The notes: generated by a model from the sequence alone, not told the origin. Shown: positions 44,419-53,654, counted from the stretch's first letter. The stretch: DNA of 55,149 nucleotides from Candidatus Saccharimonadales bacterium (GCA_035479795.1 DATIII010000003.1:1-55149); one strand, 5' to 3'. Translations and numbers: made by a program.

Positions 44419-44587
44419 TGGTGCCCCTGGTAGTATTGTGGCTCCCGCCACCTCCTTCTTTGTCGAAAAATATGCAAACACATTTTTCTCCGCCTCATGC
44501 ACCGAACCAAATTGCTTGCGCAATTTACGGCTCTCATCCGGCCTGGTGGCCAGGAAATACGTCCGACTTCGAGTCAGCCGCATTTCC
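44419..44587 (-). repeat. tRNA-linked ~150-nt element ending in a 19-nt copy of the tRNA-Arg(TCT) 3' end
   Basis: Minus strand AATACTACCAGGGGCACCA vs tRNA AATCCTACCGGGGGCACCA (17/19); body homologous to 34996-35142. Confidence 0.88.
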
Positions 44588-44664
44588 TGGTGCCCCCGGT
44601 AGGATTCGAACCTACGACCTTAGGCTTAGAAGTCCTCTGCTCTATCCAGCTGAGCTACAGGGGC
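44588..44664 (-). tRNA. tRNA-Arg (TCT)
   Basis: GCCCCTG/CGGGGGC acceptor, loop ctTCTaa, GGTTCGAATCC, CCA; anticodon stem imperfect. Confidence 0.9.
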
Positions 44665-44667
44665 CAA

Positions 44668-44742
44668 TGGAGCGGGCAGCGGGAATTGAACCCGCGTCTT
44701 CAGCTTGGAAGGCTGACATAATAGCCACTATACGATGCCCGC
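44668..44742 (-). tRNA. tRNA-Gly (TCC)
   Basis: GCGGGCA/TGCCCGC acceptor, TCAGC-ctTCCaa-GCTGA arm, CCA. Confidence 0.96.
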
Positions 44743-44747
44743 ATTCT

Positions 44748-44824
44748 TGGTCGGGGTGAAAGGACTCGAACCTTCGACCTCCTGCTCCCAAAGCAGGCGC
44801 GCTAGCCAACTGCGCCACACCCCG
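44748..44824 (-). tRNA. tRNA-Pro (TGG)
   Basis: CGGGGTG/CACCCCG acceptor, CCTGC-ttTGGga-GCAGG arm, CCA. Confidence 0.96.
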
Positions 44825-45051
44825 GCGTAGAACCTCGCAATTATATCTGAATTACTCCGAGAAATAAAGAAGTTATGCCACCGATAGTTTTACTATATAT
44901 CAATGCGCAAACTAATGTGTATATTATTCGGCCGGGTTGCGTTTCTTGTTTCGTTTAAAAATAGCCAGTTTGTAGCCATCTGGGTCGCGGACTACGAACT
45001 CGCGGTTGCTGGGTACTCCGTGGTAAAATCTTGGCGTAATTATAAGGAGAA

Positions 45052-45579
45052 ATGATGGATCCGATTAAACCGTTTATTTGGTTCGAAAACCAAGCCGAAG
45101 AAGCCATGAATTATTACGTAGAAACATTCCCAAACTCAAAAATTTCCCACATCGAAAGATATGCAGGCAAGCAAGGGATTCCTGGTGAAAAGGAACTCGA
45201 AGGCAAGGTATTAACTGGCGTGTTTCAGCTAAACGGCATGGAGTTCCAATGCCTCGACGGCGGACCTGTCTTTAAACCCGGCGGCAACGTCTCCTTTGTA
45301 GTCGAATTTGATGATCAAGATGGTTTAGACAAGGTTTGGGCCAGGTTACTAGATGGCGGCAAAACCCAGCAATGCGGCTGGATTACTGATAAATTTGGTA
45401 CCACTTGGCAGATAATTCCAAAGCTGCTTGGGCAGTTAATGACCAAAGGCAATGTGGCTCAAAAGAAAGCCGTTATGCAGGCCATGATGCCGATGGTAAA
45501 GCTGGAAAGTGAGCCCCTGCAAAAAGCCTTTGATTCGGCCAAAAGATCTCTCGACACGCTCGAGATGACAGCCGGGTAG
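45052..45579 (+). CDS. VOC/PhnB-like (3-demethylubiquinone-9 3-methyltransferase family) protein
   Basis: IKPFIWFENQAEEAMNYY, CLDGGP, QCGWITDKFGTTWQIIP. Confidence 0.88.
   Translation: MMDPIKPFIWFENQAEEAMNYYVETFPNSKISHIERYAGKQGIPGEKELEGKVLTGVFQLNGMEFQCLDGGPVFKPGGNVSFVVEFDDQDGLDKVWARLLDGGKTQQCGWITDKFGTTWQIIPKLLGQLMTKGNVAQKKAVMQAMMPMVKLESEPLQKAFDSAKRSLDTLEMTAG
45544..45572 (-). repeat. REP-like palindrome (GTCATCTCGAGCGTGTCGAGAGATCT) inside the 3' end of the VOC gene
   Basis: Alignable to 12495-12524; supplies codons RSLDTLEMTA. Confidence 0.7.
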
Positions 45580-45626
45580 TTCTCACTGACGCCGCCTGCG
45601 GTAGGTTGCCTACAGGCAGTGGGATA

Positions 45627-45905
45627 TTAGCGGACGACTTCTTTGAGTCGCTTGCCAGCTCGAAAACGTGGCATGGGCATTTCAGGTATGTGAATTTCCG
45701 CCCCAGTTTGCGGATTTACACCGCGCCGAGCCGCCCGTTTGCCCAGGTCAAAGGTGCCAAAGCCGGTTATCGAAACCTTTTCGCCCTTTTTTATCGTATA
45801 GCCAACAATACCCGTTAGTTTAATCAACACATTTTCGACTTCACGCTTGCTTAAATGCGTCTCACGGGAAAGTGTTTCAATCAATTTTTGCTTGGTCATG
45901 GCCAT
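45627..45905 (-). CDS. hup: DNA-binding protein HU
   Basis: MTKQKLIE, KVSITGFGTF, RRGVNPQTG, P.FRAGKRLKE. Confidence 0.95.
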   Translation of the reverse strand: MAMTKQKLIETLSRETHLSKREVENVLIKLTGIVGYTIKKGEKVSITGFGTFDLGKRAARRGVNPQTGAEIHIPEMPMPRFRAGKRLKEVVR

Positions 45906-45977
45906 AGCCCTCCGCTGCCTTTGATAAAAAGTTTAGCAAATGATTTGCCCTTTACCAAGCTGAAAAGTCATGGTTTT

Positions 45978-46760
45978 TTAGCTTAAGATTTGTCGAATGT
46001 GACGAATACCACGAGCTTTACCGGTGGAAGTATCAACATCAATCAGGACGGCGTTAAATTGTCGCCGACCCGAGTCCTCCATTTCATTTCGACTAGGCTC
46101 ATCAGTTAGCCAGCGCTTGGCAATCACTTCGGTTTTAACACCTAGAGACGAATCCAAAGCCCCTACCATGCCAACATCAGTAATGTGAGCCGTTCCGCCA
46201 GGTAGCACCTGAGCGTCGGCCGTCGGAACATGCCAGTGATCCCCAATCACGGCCGTAGCGCGACCGTCCAAATACTGACCAATAACCACCTTTTCGCTGG
46301 AATAATCACCATGGAAGTTGATAATTTTTGCGACTGTGTCGCTTTTTTTAGTTTCGTCCAATATAGCATCTGCTGTCATCAATGGGTTATCGATGTCTTT
46401 ATCGGCACCCATGCCGACGACCTTGCCTTCCAGGCTGACAATCAGAATTTTACCAAACGGTGTGTCCGCCAGCGCCCATCCCTTGCCCGGAGCACCTTTC
46501 AGGTTGGCCGGCCTGATCACATTGGGCGCGTCAAAGCTTTCGGTCCGAACAATTGAGTGATTGCCACCAGAAAAGAAATCGACTCCGGCTTTTTCTAGTT
46601 CCGCCAGATGTTTGTTCGAGAGCCCCTTACCATGGCTGACGTTTTCGCCCTGGGCAATCACAAAATCTATCTTTTCTTCCGCAATCAAACCAGGTAAAAC
46701 CTCGGCCGCAGTTTTGCGTCCAAGTTTTCCAGTAATGTCGCCCACATAAAGAATTTTCAT
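45978..46760 (-). CDS. ymdB: YmdB-like metallophosphoesterase
   Basis: GDITGKLGR, GENVSHG, SGGNH, FHGDYSSEK, GDHWHVPTAD, TDVGMVG; downstream of rny. Confidence 0.9.
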   Translation of the reverse strand: MKILYVGDITGKLGRKTAAEVLPGLIAEEKIDFVIAQGENVSHGKGLSNKHLAELEKAGVDFFSGGNHSIVRTESFDAPNVIRPANLKGAPGKGWALADTPFGKILIVSLEGKVVGMGADKDIDNPLMTADAILDETKKSDTVAKIINFHGDYSSEKVVIGQYLDGRATAVIGDHWHVPTADAQVLPGGTAHITDVGMVGALDSSLGVKTEVIAKRWLTDEPSRNEMEDSGRRQFNAVLIDVDTSTGKARGIRHIRQILS

Positions 46761-47416
46761 TTAATTTCCTTCTTGATAACGTCGACTACTTCGGCGCGAG
46801 CATCACCAGATAAGTTATGGTCGCCTTTGATATCGATGATACGGGTATTGTTCAGTTCCGGAAACTCTGTCATACCAAGTACCTCGTCTTCCGTCGCCCT
46901 CACAATTACCAATTCTGTCTCGTCTTCGAGACGCATATATTTATGTATAGGATCAACTGAATTAAACTCGGGCCAATATTCAGAAGGTACAAACGTCATT
47001 GACCCATCACGGCGAGCGAGCCGGGTTATTCCATCGAGATCGATAATCGTGCCCTCCCGATCAGCAAAGTTTTGGCGTAGCCGTTCCAGGTTAAAATTTA
47101 CAGCTGGAGTCAGCATGATCATTTTTTTAACCCGAACATCAGCCATGGCGGCGATAACGCATCCCTGCGAGTGGCCTACGACGATAATTGGCGCTCCCGG
47201 AAAGTCTAGCTTAACCTTGTCAACCTGGTGTTCCAGGATTTTCTCCTGCTCTCTGAAAGGCTTAACAATTAGCTCATTCGACTCATCGTCAAAGTCGTAA
47301 TAATCAAACATGACGACTTCCGCGGTTTCACCCAAACCTTTTTGGATATCTGTAAATAATCCTCGATCATCGGCCCTAACACCAAAGCCATGGGAGCAAA
47401 CAATGACTGGCTTCAT
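46757..47416 (-). CDS. Alpha/beta hydrolase-fold protein
   Basis: SHGFG, nucleophile elbow GHSQG, D..L and H near the C-terminus. Confidence 0.8.
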   Translation of the reverse strand: MKPVIVCSHGFGVRADDRGLFTDIQKGLGETAEVVMFDYYDFDDESNELIVKPFREQEKILEHQVDKVKLDFPGAPIIVVGHSQGCVIAAMADVRVKKMIMLTPAVNFNLERLRQNFADREGTIIDLDGITRLARRDGSMTFVPSEYWPEFNSVDPIHKYMRLEDETELVIVRATEDEVLGMTEFPELNNTRIIDIKGDHNLSGDARAEVVDVIKKEIK

Positions 47417-48934
47417 TTATTTAGCATATTCTAGGGCGCGGGTTTCGCGGATGACGTTAACCTTAATCACACCCGGATACTTCAACGTGGCTTCAATCTT
47501 AGTCGCAATATCGCGTGCCAACTTAATTGCCGAGAGGTCATCGATCTCCTCTGGAGTAACAATCACCCGGATCTCGCGGCCGGCCGCCACGGCAAAGGTC
47601 TTGGCCACGCCGGGAAAAGTGTTAGCCAGGTTCTCCAGCTCGGTCATGCGCTTCACATAGTTTTCAAACGTATCACCACGAGCTCCAGGGCGCCCGCCAC
47701 TCAATGAATCCACCACGCGGACAATCACCGCCTCGGGAGTGGTTGCTTCAATGTCATCGTGGTGGGCCACAATGGCGTGCTGAATGTCTTCGGGCAAACC
47801 GTATTTAGCAGCTAGGTCGCGCGAAATGTGATGATGCTGGCCCTCAATCTCATGAGTCACCGCCTTACCTAAGTCGTGCAACAACGCCGCGGTTTTCGAA
47901 ACCCGCACATCGGCCCCAATTTCGGATGCAATCATACCGGCCAAGTTCGCCATTTCCACCGAGTGCTTCAGCACGTTCTGGCTATAAGATGTACGGAATC
48001 GCAGCTGCCCAAGGAGTTTTACGAGCTCGGGGTGCAGAGCCACCACCCCAGCTTCCTTAACTGCTTGTTCACCGGCCTCTTTCACCATTTTGTCGACTTC
48101 TTTCTGGGCCTTATCGACAACTTCTTCAATCCGCGCCGGGTGAATCCGGCCATCGGCCAGCAGCTTTTCGAGTGCCACACGAGCCACTTGCCGGCGAATC
48201 GGATCAAAGCTCGAAAGCACAATCACCCCGGGGGTATCGTCCACCAAGACATCTACGCCAGTCAGACGCTCTAAAGCCTGAATGTTGCGGCCTTCTTTGC
48301 CGATAACCCGACCTTTCAGCTCATCACTAGGCAGCTCAACGGTGGTGATGGTTCGCTCGGCAGTTTGATCGGAAGCCATCCGCTCCATGGCGGTCAGTAG
48401 AACCATGCGTGACTTTTCATCAGCCTCTTCCTTGGCCTCACTTTCGAGTTTTTCGATGAGCTTAATAACGTCTTCTTTAACGTCACGCTCCACCATTTGC
48501 ATTAACTTTTCGCGCGCCTCGTCTTGAGTCAGCTTGGCAATCTTTTCCAGATTAGCCTGCTGTTTTTCGCGAATTTTGCGAATGTCGTCTTTGAGCTCAT
48601 CAAGGCTTACTTCCGATTTGCGCAGGCTCTCAGCCCGCTTGTCTAACTCATCTAGCTTACGATCAAGCGTTGATTCACGTTGGCCCAGACGACTCTCGGT
48701 TTCATCCAACTTAGCCCGCCGCTCGCCTTCTTCTTTCTTACTGTCTTCGGCGATTTTCAGCGCCTGCTCTTTAGCCGCCAGAGTTGCTTCCTGGGCTTTG
48801 CGATTTGCCTCTTCTAAGACTTTAGTGGCCTTGGCTTCGGCCGTACCCACCTTGCGGCGCGAATTTACCACGCTAGCACCATAGCCCCCTGCTGCCCCCA
48901 CGGCGAGCATGGCAACCAAAAAAACTCCTTCCAT
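47417..48934 (-). CDS. rny: Ribonuclease Y
   Basis: N-terminal TM, coiled coil, KH (KGRVIGKEGRNI), HD (LLHDLGK), SGGRPGAR. Confidence 0.97.
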   Translation of the reverse strand: MEGVFLVAMLAVGAAGGYGASVVNSRRKVGTAEAKATKVLEEANRKAQEATLAAKEQALKIAEDSKKEEGERRAKLDETESRLGQRESTLDRKLDELDKRAESLRKSEVSLDELKDDIRKIREKQQANLEKIAKLTQDEAREKLMQMVERDVKEDVIKLIEKLESEAKEEADEKSRMVLLTAMERMASDQTAERTITTVELPSDELKGRVIGKEGRNIQALERLTGVDVLVDDTPGVIVLSSFDPIRRQVARVALEKLLADGRIHPARIEEVVDKAQKEVDKMVKEAGEQAVKEAGVVALHPELVKLLGQLRFRTSYSQNVLKHSVEMANLAGMIASEIGADVRVSKTAALLHDLGKAVTHEIEGQHHHISRDLAAKYGLPEDIQHAIVAHHDDIEATTPEAVIVRVVDSLSGGRPGARGDTFENYVKRMTELENLANTFPGVAKTFAVAAGREIRVIVTPEEIDDLSAIKLARDIATKIEATLKYPGVIKVNVIRETRALEYAK

Positions 48935-48954
48935 AATGCCTCTTTTCACTTCAG

Positions 48955-49053
48955 GCCTTTGGCGGACTATAGCAGCCGCGGATCTTCAACCGGATCTGTA
49001 GAAACTTGATTGTATCGGGTATCAGACGTGCCGCGAGCGTGTCATCCAAAGGC
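48955..49053 (-). ncRNA. Candidate ~100-nt rod-like structured RNA upstream of rny
   Basis: Terminal GCCTTTGG/CCAAAGGC stem, inner CGCGG/CCGCG and TCTG/CAGA pairings. Confidence 0.4.
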
Positions 49054-49112
49054 ACGTTTATATTAACTTTCGTATGCCTACTTTAGCCCCCAAAATGCTT
49101 AGTAGTCAACGC

Positions 49113-49502
49113 TTATTTTCGAGGTTTAGTGATGTTGGGCAACGCCCCGTATTCTGGAATGACTTGAACGTCGGTTTCACCAGCCGCCAATCGACTAATC
49201 CCATCCATCTCCCAGTTCTCACCAAGCGCTCCCACAATTGGGATTTTCAGCGCGTAGGCGATGGTGTTGGCAACCGTTGCGCCAATCCGCAAACCTGTAA
49301 ATGATCCGGGCCCACGGAAGACTACCAGCCCATCCAATTTCTCGATTGCCGTATCGTGCTGTTTACAAAACTCCTTGATTACTTCAAGCAGCTGCTCCGC
49401 CAGCTGACGACCTGCCTCCCACTCTTTTTCGGCGACTAGCTTGCCCTCTTTAAATAGCGCCAATCGGGCTGTGGCGGTATCGGTCCTAATCGTTAATATC
49501 AT
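49113..49502 (-). CDS. tsaB: tRNA t6A biosynthesis protein TsaB (compact)
   Basis: IRTDT, GPGSFTGLRIG, ANTIAYAL.IP, P.YG..PNIT. Confidence 0.92.
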   Translation of the reverse strand: MILTIRTDTATARLALFKEGKLVAEKEWEAGRQLAEQLLEVIKEFCKQHDTAIEKLDGLVVFRGPGSFTGLRIGATVANTIAYALKIPIVGALGENWEMDGISRLAAGETDVQVIPEYGALPNITKPRK

Positions 49503-49953
49503 GTTTCAACTCATCGATTAGTTTTTCGGGACCGCTTAACTTGATTAGTCGCTCGTCTTCCTGCTTACCTGGCACAATATCGATCGAGATTCGCCCATCC
49601 GGAAGCTGACCCGCGCCATGCTCAGCCCACTCAATAACGGTTATAGCCTTGGGGTCACCCATAACTTCAGTCAGCTGGTCGCTGACAATGTCATGCGTCC
49701 CGAGCCGATAAAAATCAAAGTGATGGACCTCAAGCCCGTCTCGCACGGGATATACCCGACTAACCGTAAAGGTTGGGCTGGGCACGTCGCCATCATAGCC
49801 AAGACCTGCCACTAGGCCTTTGGCCAGCGTGGTCTTGCCACCGCCGAGGTCGCTAACAAGCTCAACCACCTCGCCACCCTTAAGGTGCCTAGCCAGTCTA
49901 CGACCTAGATCTTTTGTGGCCGCGGAACCGATAGTAGAAGTTTCGAATGTCAT
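49486..49953 (-). CDS. tsaE: tRNA t6A biosynthesis ATPase TsaE
   Basis: DLGGGKTT, VPSPTF, HFDFYRL, VIEWAE. Confidence 0.94.
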   Translation of the reverse strand: MTFETSTIGSAATKDLGRRLARHLKGGEVVELVSDLGGGKTTLAKGLVAGLGYDGDVPSPTFTVSRVYPVRDGLEVHHFDFYRLGTHDIVSDQLTEVMGDPKAITVIEWAEHGAGQLPDGRISIDIVPGKQEDERLIKLSGPEKLIDELKHDIND

Positions 49954-51235
49954 AGCGGAATTCATAGCTTGCATAGGCAATAGTAAGGACTGCCAGCCCA
50001 GCAATCAACCAAGCCGAGGCATGGATGGTAGCTGGAGAAACCTTAGGAGTACTAACTCCGGCCACTTTGGCTTTGGCGGTTTTATGCTTGTCTATGGCCG
50101 ACTTTTTGACCGCCTTCGGCTTGGCTGCCTTGGCGGCAGCCTTGTGCGCGGTCGTAGTTTTGGCGCTCGAAGTCTTAGCCGAAACCACGACTGGCGCCAG
50201 GAGAATATTGACCTCACCGGGCGTGTTTTGCAATGTCCACTGCCAGCCGCCTGCGAACTTGCCCCAGGCTTGTCCGGTGGGCGCGTCTCCGTAGCCCTCG
50301 GTAACCGCCACTACATTGCCCAAGGGATCGAGGAGTTCGGCGGCACCTCCCGAGTTCGTCAGACTTATGTGGGTTTGATCAGAATACAGCGCTAAATAAG
50401 CATCGGGCGCCAGGGTAATATTCGGCAGCACAAAGTAGTCATGAAACGAGCTGCCGGCTTTTAGGACATAATCGGTCAGGTCCACCGGCACATTATTACT
50501 ATTGTGCAGCTCAATATATTCGTCGTGGGCATCGGTTAAGGGGGCGGCTGGATCGATAAAAAGCTCGCTAATCTCCACCGGTAAGTAAGCTGGAGTTACA
50601 ACCTGATCCTCCGCGGTTTCGCCGGCGGGATTGGGGTCGCCTGTATCCACCTGCGGCACCTCAGTCTCCGAAGCCGTATTTTGTGGTAAGGGGGTGGTAC
50701 GAACAATAAAGTCACAGGAGTTATCGTTTGTGTCGGTAGCGTTACCGCCCTCCTCAACCAACCTGCCTGGCAAGCGCTCCAAACTCTGCCCAGCCACCGG
50801 AGCCGAAGCCGGAGCCGTTTCAGCGGCGTTTGCCGCGGCACCATAACCCAGTTGATCAACTACCGCTCCGTTAGCGTCTTCGATCCGAATATTGCCACCA
50901 GTCGAGGCCAACGTGGGCGACCAATCGGCATCGGCATTGGACAGATATGACTTCGGGGCGGCCAAATAAAAGCCATAGGACTTGATAGTCCCATCGAGCG
51001 TCCCTCGTTTAGTCCAGGCTGTGTCGTCCCCAGTGGCCGACTTATACTCGATCGTCCAGCCCGCCAAAGATATGTCTGCGGCCGTTGGGTTATATAGCTC
51101 AACAAACTCCTGGCTGGCGCTAGCTGACGTACCGGTCTGCACCTCGCTGATTACTAGGTTGCCGCCGGCTGAGTCGGCCAAGGTGGCCAACGGTAGCAGA
51201 CTAAATAATGCTGAAAATATTAATCGCTTAAACAA
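49898..51235 (-). CDS. Surface protein with two lamin-tail-like domains, a basic Lys/Ala linker and a C-terminal TM
   Basis: Signal peptide; LVISEV..EFVELYNP..ISLAGW and ISELF..EYIELHNS..VDLTDY..LTNSGG; TPG..N. Confidence 0.85.
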   Translation of the reverse strand: MFKRLIFSALFSLLPLATLADSAGGNLVISEVQTGTSASASQEFVELYNPTAADISLAGWTIEYKSATGDDTAWTKRGTLDGTIKSYGFYLAAPKSYLSNADADWSPTLASTGGNIRIEDANGAVVDQLGYGAAANAAETAPASAPVAGQSLERLPGRLVEEGGNATDTNDNSCDFIVRTTPLPQNTASETEVPQVDTGDPNPAGETAEDQVVTPAYLPVEISELFIDPAAPLTDAHDEYIELHNSNNVPVDLTDYVLKAGSSFHDYFVLPNITLAPDAYLALYSDQTHISLTNSGGAAELLDPLGNVVAVTEGYGDAPTGQAWGKFAGGWQWTLQNTPGEVNILLAPVVVSAKTSSAKTTTAHKAAAKAAKPKAVKKSAIDKHKTAKAKVAGVSTPKVSPATIHASAWLIAGLAVLTIAYASYEFRYDIRNFYYRFRGHKRSRS

Positions 51236-51383
51236 AGAGGGCCCCTTTACAGTGAACCCTCATCACGTTTAAAAATTGCTTTCTAATTTTTAGAGACAAA
51301 CCCCGCCGGGTCAAGGCTTTTGTTTGATAACCGCCTGAATCCATAATAGCGAACAAAAACCGAAAGTCAAATAGGAGACTCCA

Positions 51384-51442
51384 GCCATCCTGAACTCGTT
51401 TCAGGATCTCACTCTGTCATCATCGAGCGCAGCGAAGAATCT
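51384..51442 (+). repeat. Tandem pair of GTCAT-type REP-like palindromes
   Basis: GCCATCCTGAACTCGTTTCAGGATCT followed by CTGTCATCATCGAGCGCAGCGAAGAATCT. Confidence 0.65.
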
Positions 51443-51472
51443 TTATGAGCTCAAATACCGGGAGGATTTTGA

Positions 51473-51518
51473 AACCTGAATTCTGAATCCTGAATCCTAA
51501 ATTCTAGATTCTAAATTC
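51473..51518 (+). repeat. Degenerate heptamer array (ATYCTRR) x6.5
   Basis: aacctga attctga atcctga atcctaa attctag attctaa attc. Confidence 0.75.
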
Positions 51519-51524
51519 ATGAAA

Positions 51525-51539
51525 AGCTTATGCTATAAT
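51525..51539 (+). promoter_or_regulatory. Extended -10 promoter of pilB overlapping the CTTATGCT motif
   Basis: AGCTTA-TG-C-TATAAT about 30 nt upstream of the start. Confidence 0.7.
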
Positions 51540-51569
51540 TTTAAGAAATCCGTGAGGTGAATTGCCAGC

Positions 51570-53525
51570 GTGCGCATATCTGATAGCGAACTAAATAACC
51601 TGTTAACCAAGAGCGGCAAGGTTAAGCCCGAAGCTCTAAAGGAAGCCGAAACTGTTCACGAGCAGACCGGCCAGCCTTTGCTGCAGGAAATTATCAAACG
51701 CAAGCTAATTACCGAAGACGAGCTGCACAAGCTTTATGCCAAGAGCATCGATGTTCCATTTATTAAGCTGAAGGAAGTCAAAATTCCGCGCGACCTCCTG
51801 ATGAAGATCCCCGAACGGATTGCCCGCAAGTATCAAGCCGTGTTGTTTGGCAAAGAAGGTACCGAACTACAGCTGGCCATGGCCGATCCAGAGGACTTCC
51901 AGGCAGCCGACTTCATTGCCAAGCAAATCGGCCAAGATATTAAGATTTTCCTGGCTTCCGGCCCCGACATCATGGCGGTAATCGACCAGTATAAAGGCAA
52001 TATCTCGTCCGAAATAACCAAGGCAATTAAAGATTCATCGGCCGAGGAAGAATCAGAACAGCAACAGGTCAGTGCCAAGGATCTGGCCGAAGATGCGCCG
52101 ATTGCCAAAACGGTTAACATCGTACTTGAATATGCTGTGAAATCGCGGGCTTCGGATATCCATATCGAGCCACGCGAAAACTTGGTGCAAGTCCGCTTCC
52201 GCATTGACGGCGTACTTCGCGAAATGATGACCCTCCCCAAACCCATTCTGCCGGCGGTTGTGAGTCGTATTAAGATTCTTTCCAACCTTAAGATTGACGA
52301 GCACCGGGTGCCCCAAGACGGACGTTTTAAATTCTCGGTCGGGTCAAAAACGGTTGCCCTGCGCGTCTCAACTCTCCCCGTCATGGAAGGCGAAAAGGTG
52401 GTTATGCGTATCCTTGATGAATCCGCCCGGGCTCTAACTCTCGAAGAATTAGGCTTTACCGGCGGCGCACTCGACCGCATCAATCGTGGTATTAAGAAGC
52501 CACATGGCATGGTATTGGTTACCGGACCAACTGGATCGGGTAAATCAACCACGCTTTATAGTGTACTGAGCATTTTAAACACCCCCGGCGTTAACATCTC
52601 AACCGTCGAAGACCCGGTGGAATACCGTGTATCGGGAGTCAATCAGACTCAAGTAAATCCTAAAGCCGGCATGACCTTTGCCTCTGGTCTGCGCGCCTTA
52701 CTGCGGCAGGATCCGAATGTGATAATGGTCGGCGAGATTCGCGATGGTGAGACTGCCGATCTGGCCGTCCAAGCCGCCCTGACTGGTCACGTCGTGCTGT
52801 CCACCCTTCACACCAACAACGCCGCCACCTGCCTGCCGCGCCTACTCGAAATGGGTATCGAACCATTTCTCATTGCCTCCACGGTCAACACGGTCATTGG
52901 CCAGCGTTTGGTCCGCAAGCTCTGCCAGTCTTGTCGCGTTCCCTACATTCCTGAAGGTGCGGCTCTGGAGGATATCAAGCGCGACTTCGATGTTGCAACT
53001 GCTATGAAACATCTCAAGGAAATCCAGGATAGTGCCAAAAAGGCACCCGAAGACGATAAAGAAGAGGCTAAGGCGAGCGGTAAAGCAAAGAAAAAAGTAA
53101 TTCAACCCCTGCATGAAATTGAGGCGGAAAAGAGTATTCTCGATAAAATCTCCAAAGACCCTAATATTGTTGAGCGCAGTGCCAAGGATGCTGAATCCGC
53201 CGCCAAAACCAAGACGATTAAGCAGGAAGTGTCTATCAAAGAACCTAAATTACGAACCCTAAAAAGCGGAGAGTTTGCGCTTTATAAGGCCGGCGAGGGA
53301 TGCGAGCACTGTGGCGGCGGCGCCTATCAGGGTCGGATGGGCATCTACGAGGTTCTGGAAGTAGCCGAAGACATTCAAAAAATGATCGTTTCGCATGCTA
53401 CCAGCGAAGAATTGCAAAACCAAGCCATCAAAAACGGCATGCTGACCATGCAACAGGACGGCTTTTTGAAGTGTCTAGAAGGCTTTACTACGATTGAAGA
53501 AATTATGAGAGTCACTAGGGAATGA
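51570..53525 (+). CDS. pilB: Type IV pilus / T2SS assembly ATPase (PilB/GspE)
   Basis: ASDIHIEP, RVPQDGR, GPTGSGKSTTLY, TVEDPVEY, LRQDPNVIMVGEIRD, STLHTN, two CxxC. Confidence 0.95.
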   Translation: MRISDSELNNLLTKSGKVKPEALKEAETVHEQTGQPLLQEIIKRKLITEDELHKLYAKSIDVPFIKLKEVKIPRDLLMKIPERIARKYQAVLFGKEGTELQLAMADPEDFQAADFIAKQIGQDIKIFLASGPDIMAVIDQYKGNISSEITKAIKDSSAEEESEQQQVSAKDLAEDAPIAKTVNIVLEYAVKSRASDIHIEPRENLVQVRFRIDGVLREMMTLPKPILPAVVSRIKILSNLKIDEHRVPQDGRFKFSVGSKTVALRVSTLPVMEGEKVVMRILDESARALTLEELGFTGGALDRINRGIKKPHGMVLVTGPTGSGKSTTLYSVLSILNTPGVNISTVEDPVEYRVSGVNQTQVNPKAGMTFASGLRALLRQDPNVIMVGEIRDGETADLAVQAALTGHVVLSTLHTNNAATCLPRLLEMGIEPFLIASTVNTVIGQRLVRKLCQSCRVPYIPEGAALEDIKRDFDVATAMKHLKEIQDSAKKAPEDDKEEAKASGKAKKKVIQPLHEIEAEKSILDKISKDPNIVERSAKDAESAAKTKTIKQEVSIKEPKLRTLKSGEFALYKAGEGCEHCGGGAYQGRMGIYEVLEVAEDIQKMIVSHATSEELQNQAIKNGMLTMQQDGFLKCLEGFTTIEEIMRVTRE

Positions 53526-53553
53526 TCGTAAAATTTGACAGTTTGGATGCATA

Positions 53554-53636
53554 TCAAGGCAAAGACGAAGCCCGCAAGCGAGGCGTAGATAGACTACGAC
53601 AAGTGCGGACTGGAGTCTTTAACGAAGATAGGCGCC
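53554..53636 (+). repeat. Dispersed ~85-nt structured intergenic element, copy C
   Basis: TCAAGG..CGAAGCCCG..AGGCGTAG-ataga-CTACGAC..AGTGCGGAC..AACGAAG. Confidence 0.7.
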
Positions 53637-53654
53637 AAATCGGGGAAATTTTAA

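Noticed and set aside
44398-44759. ORFs of 61, 113 and 74 aa across the tRNA cluster, and similar ORFs at 21453-21689 and 34702-34914
   Set aside because: Shadow translations of tRNA genes and the tRNA-linked element
51833-52552. 239-aa antisense ORF inside pilB, and the many other antisense or out-of-frame ORFs within core genes
   Set aside because: Typical antisense shadows of conserved genes, with no independent motifs or expression signals
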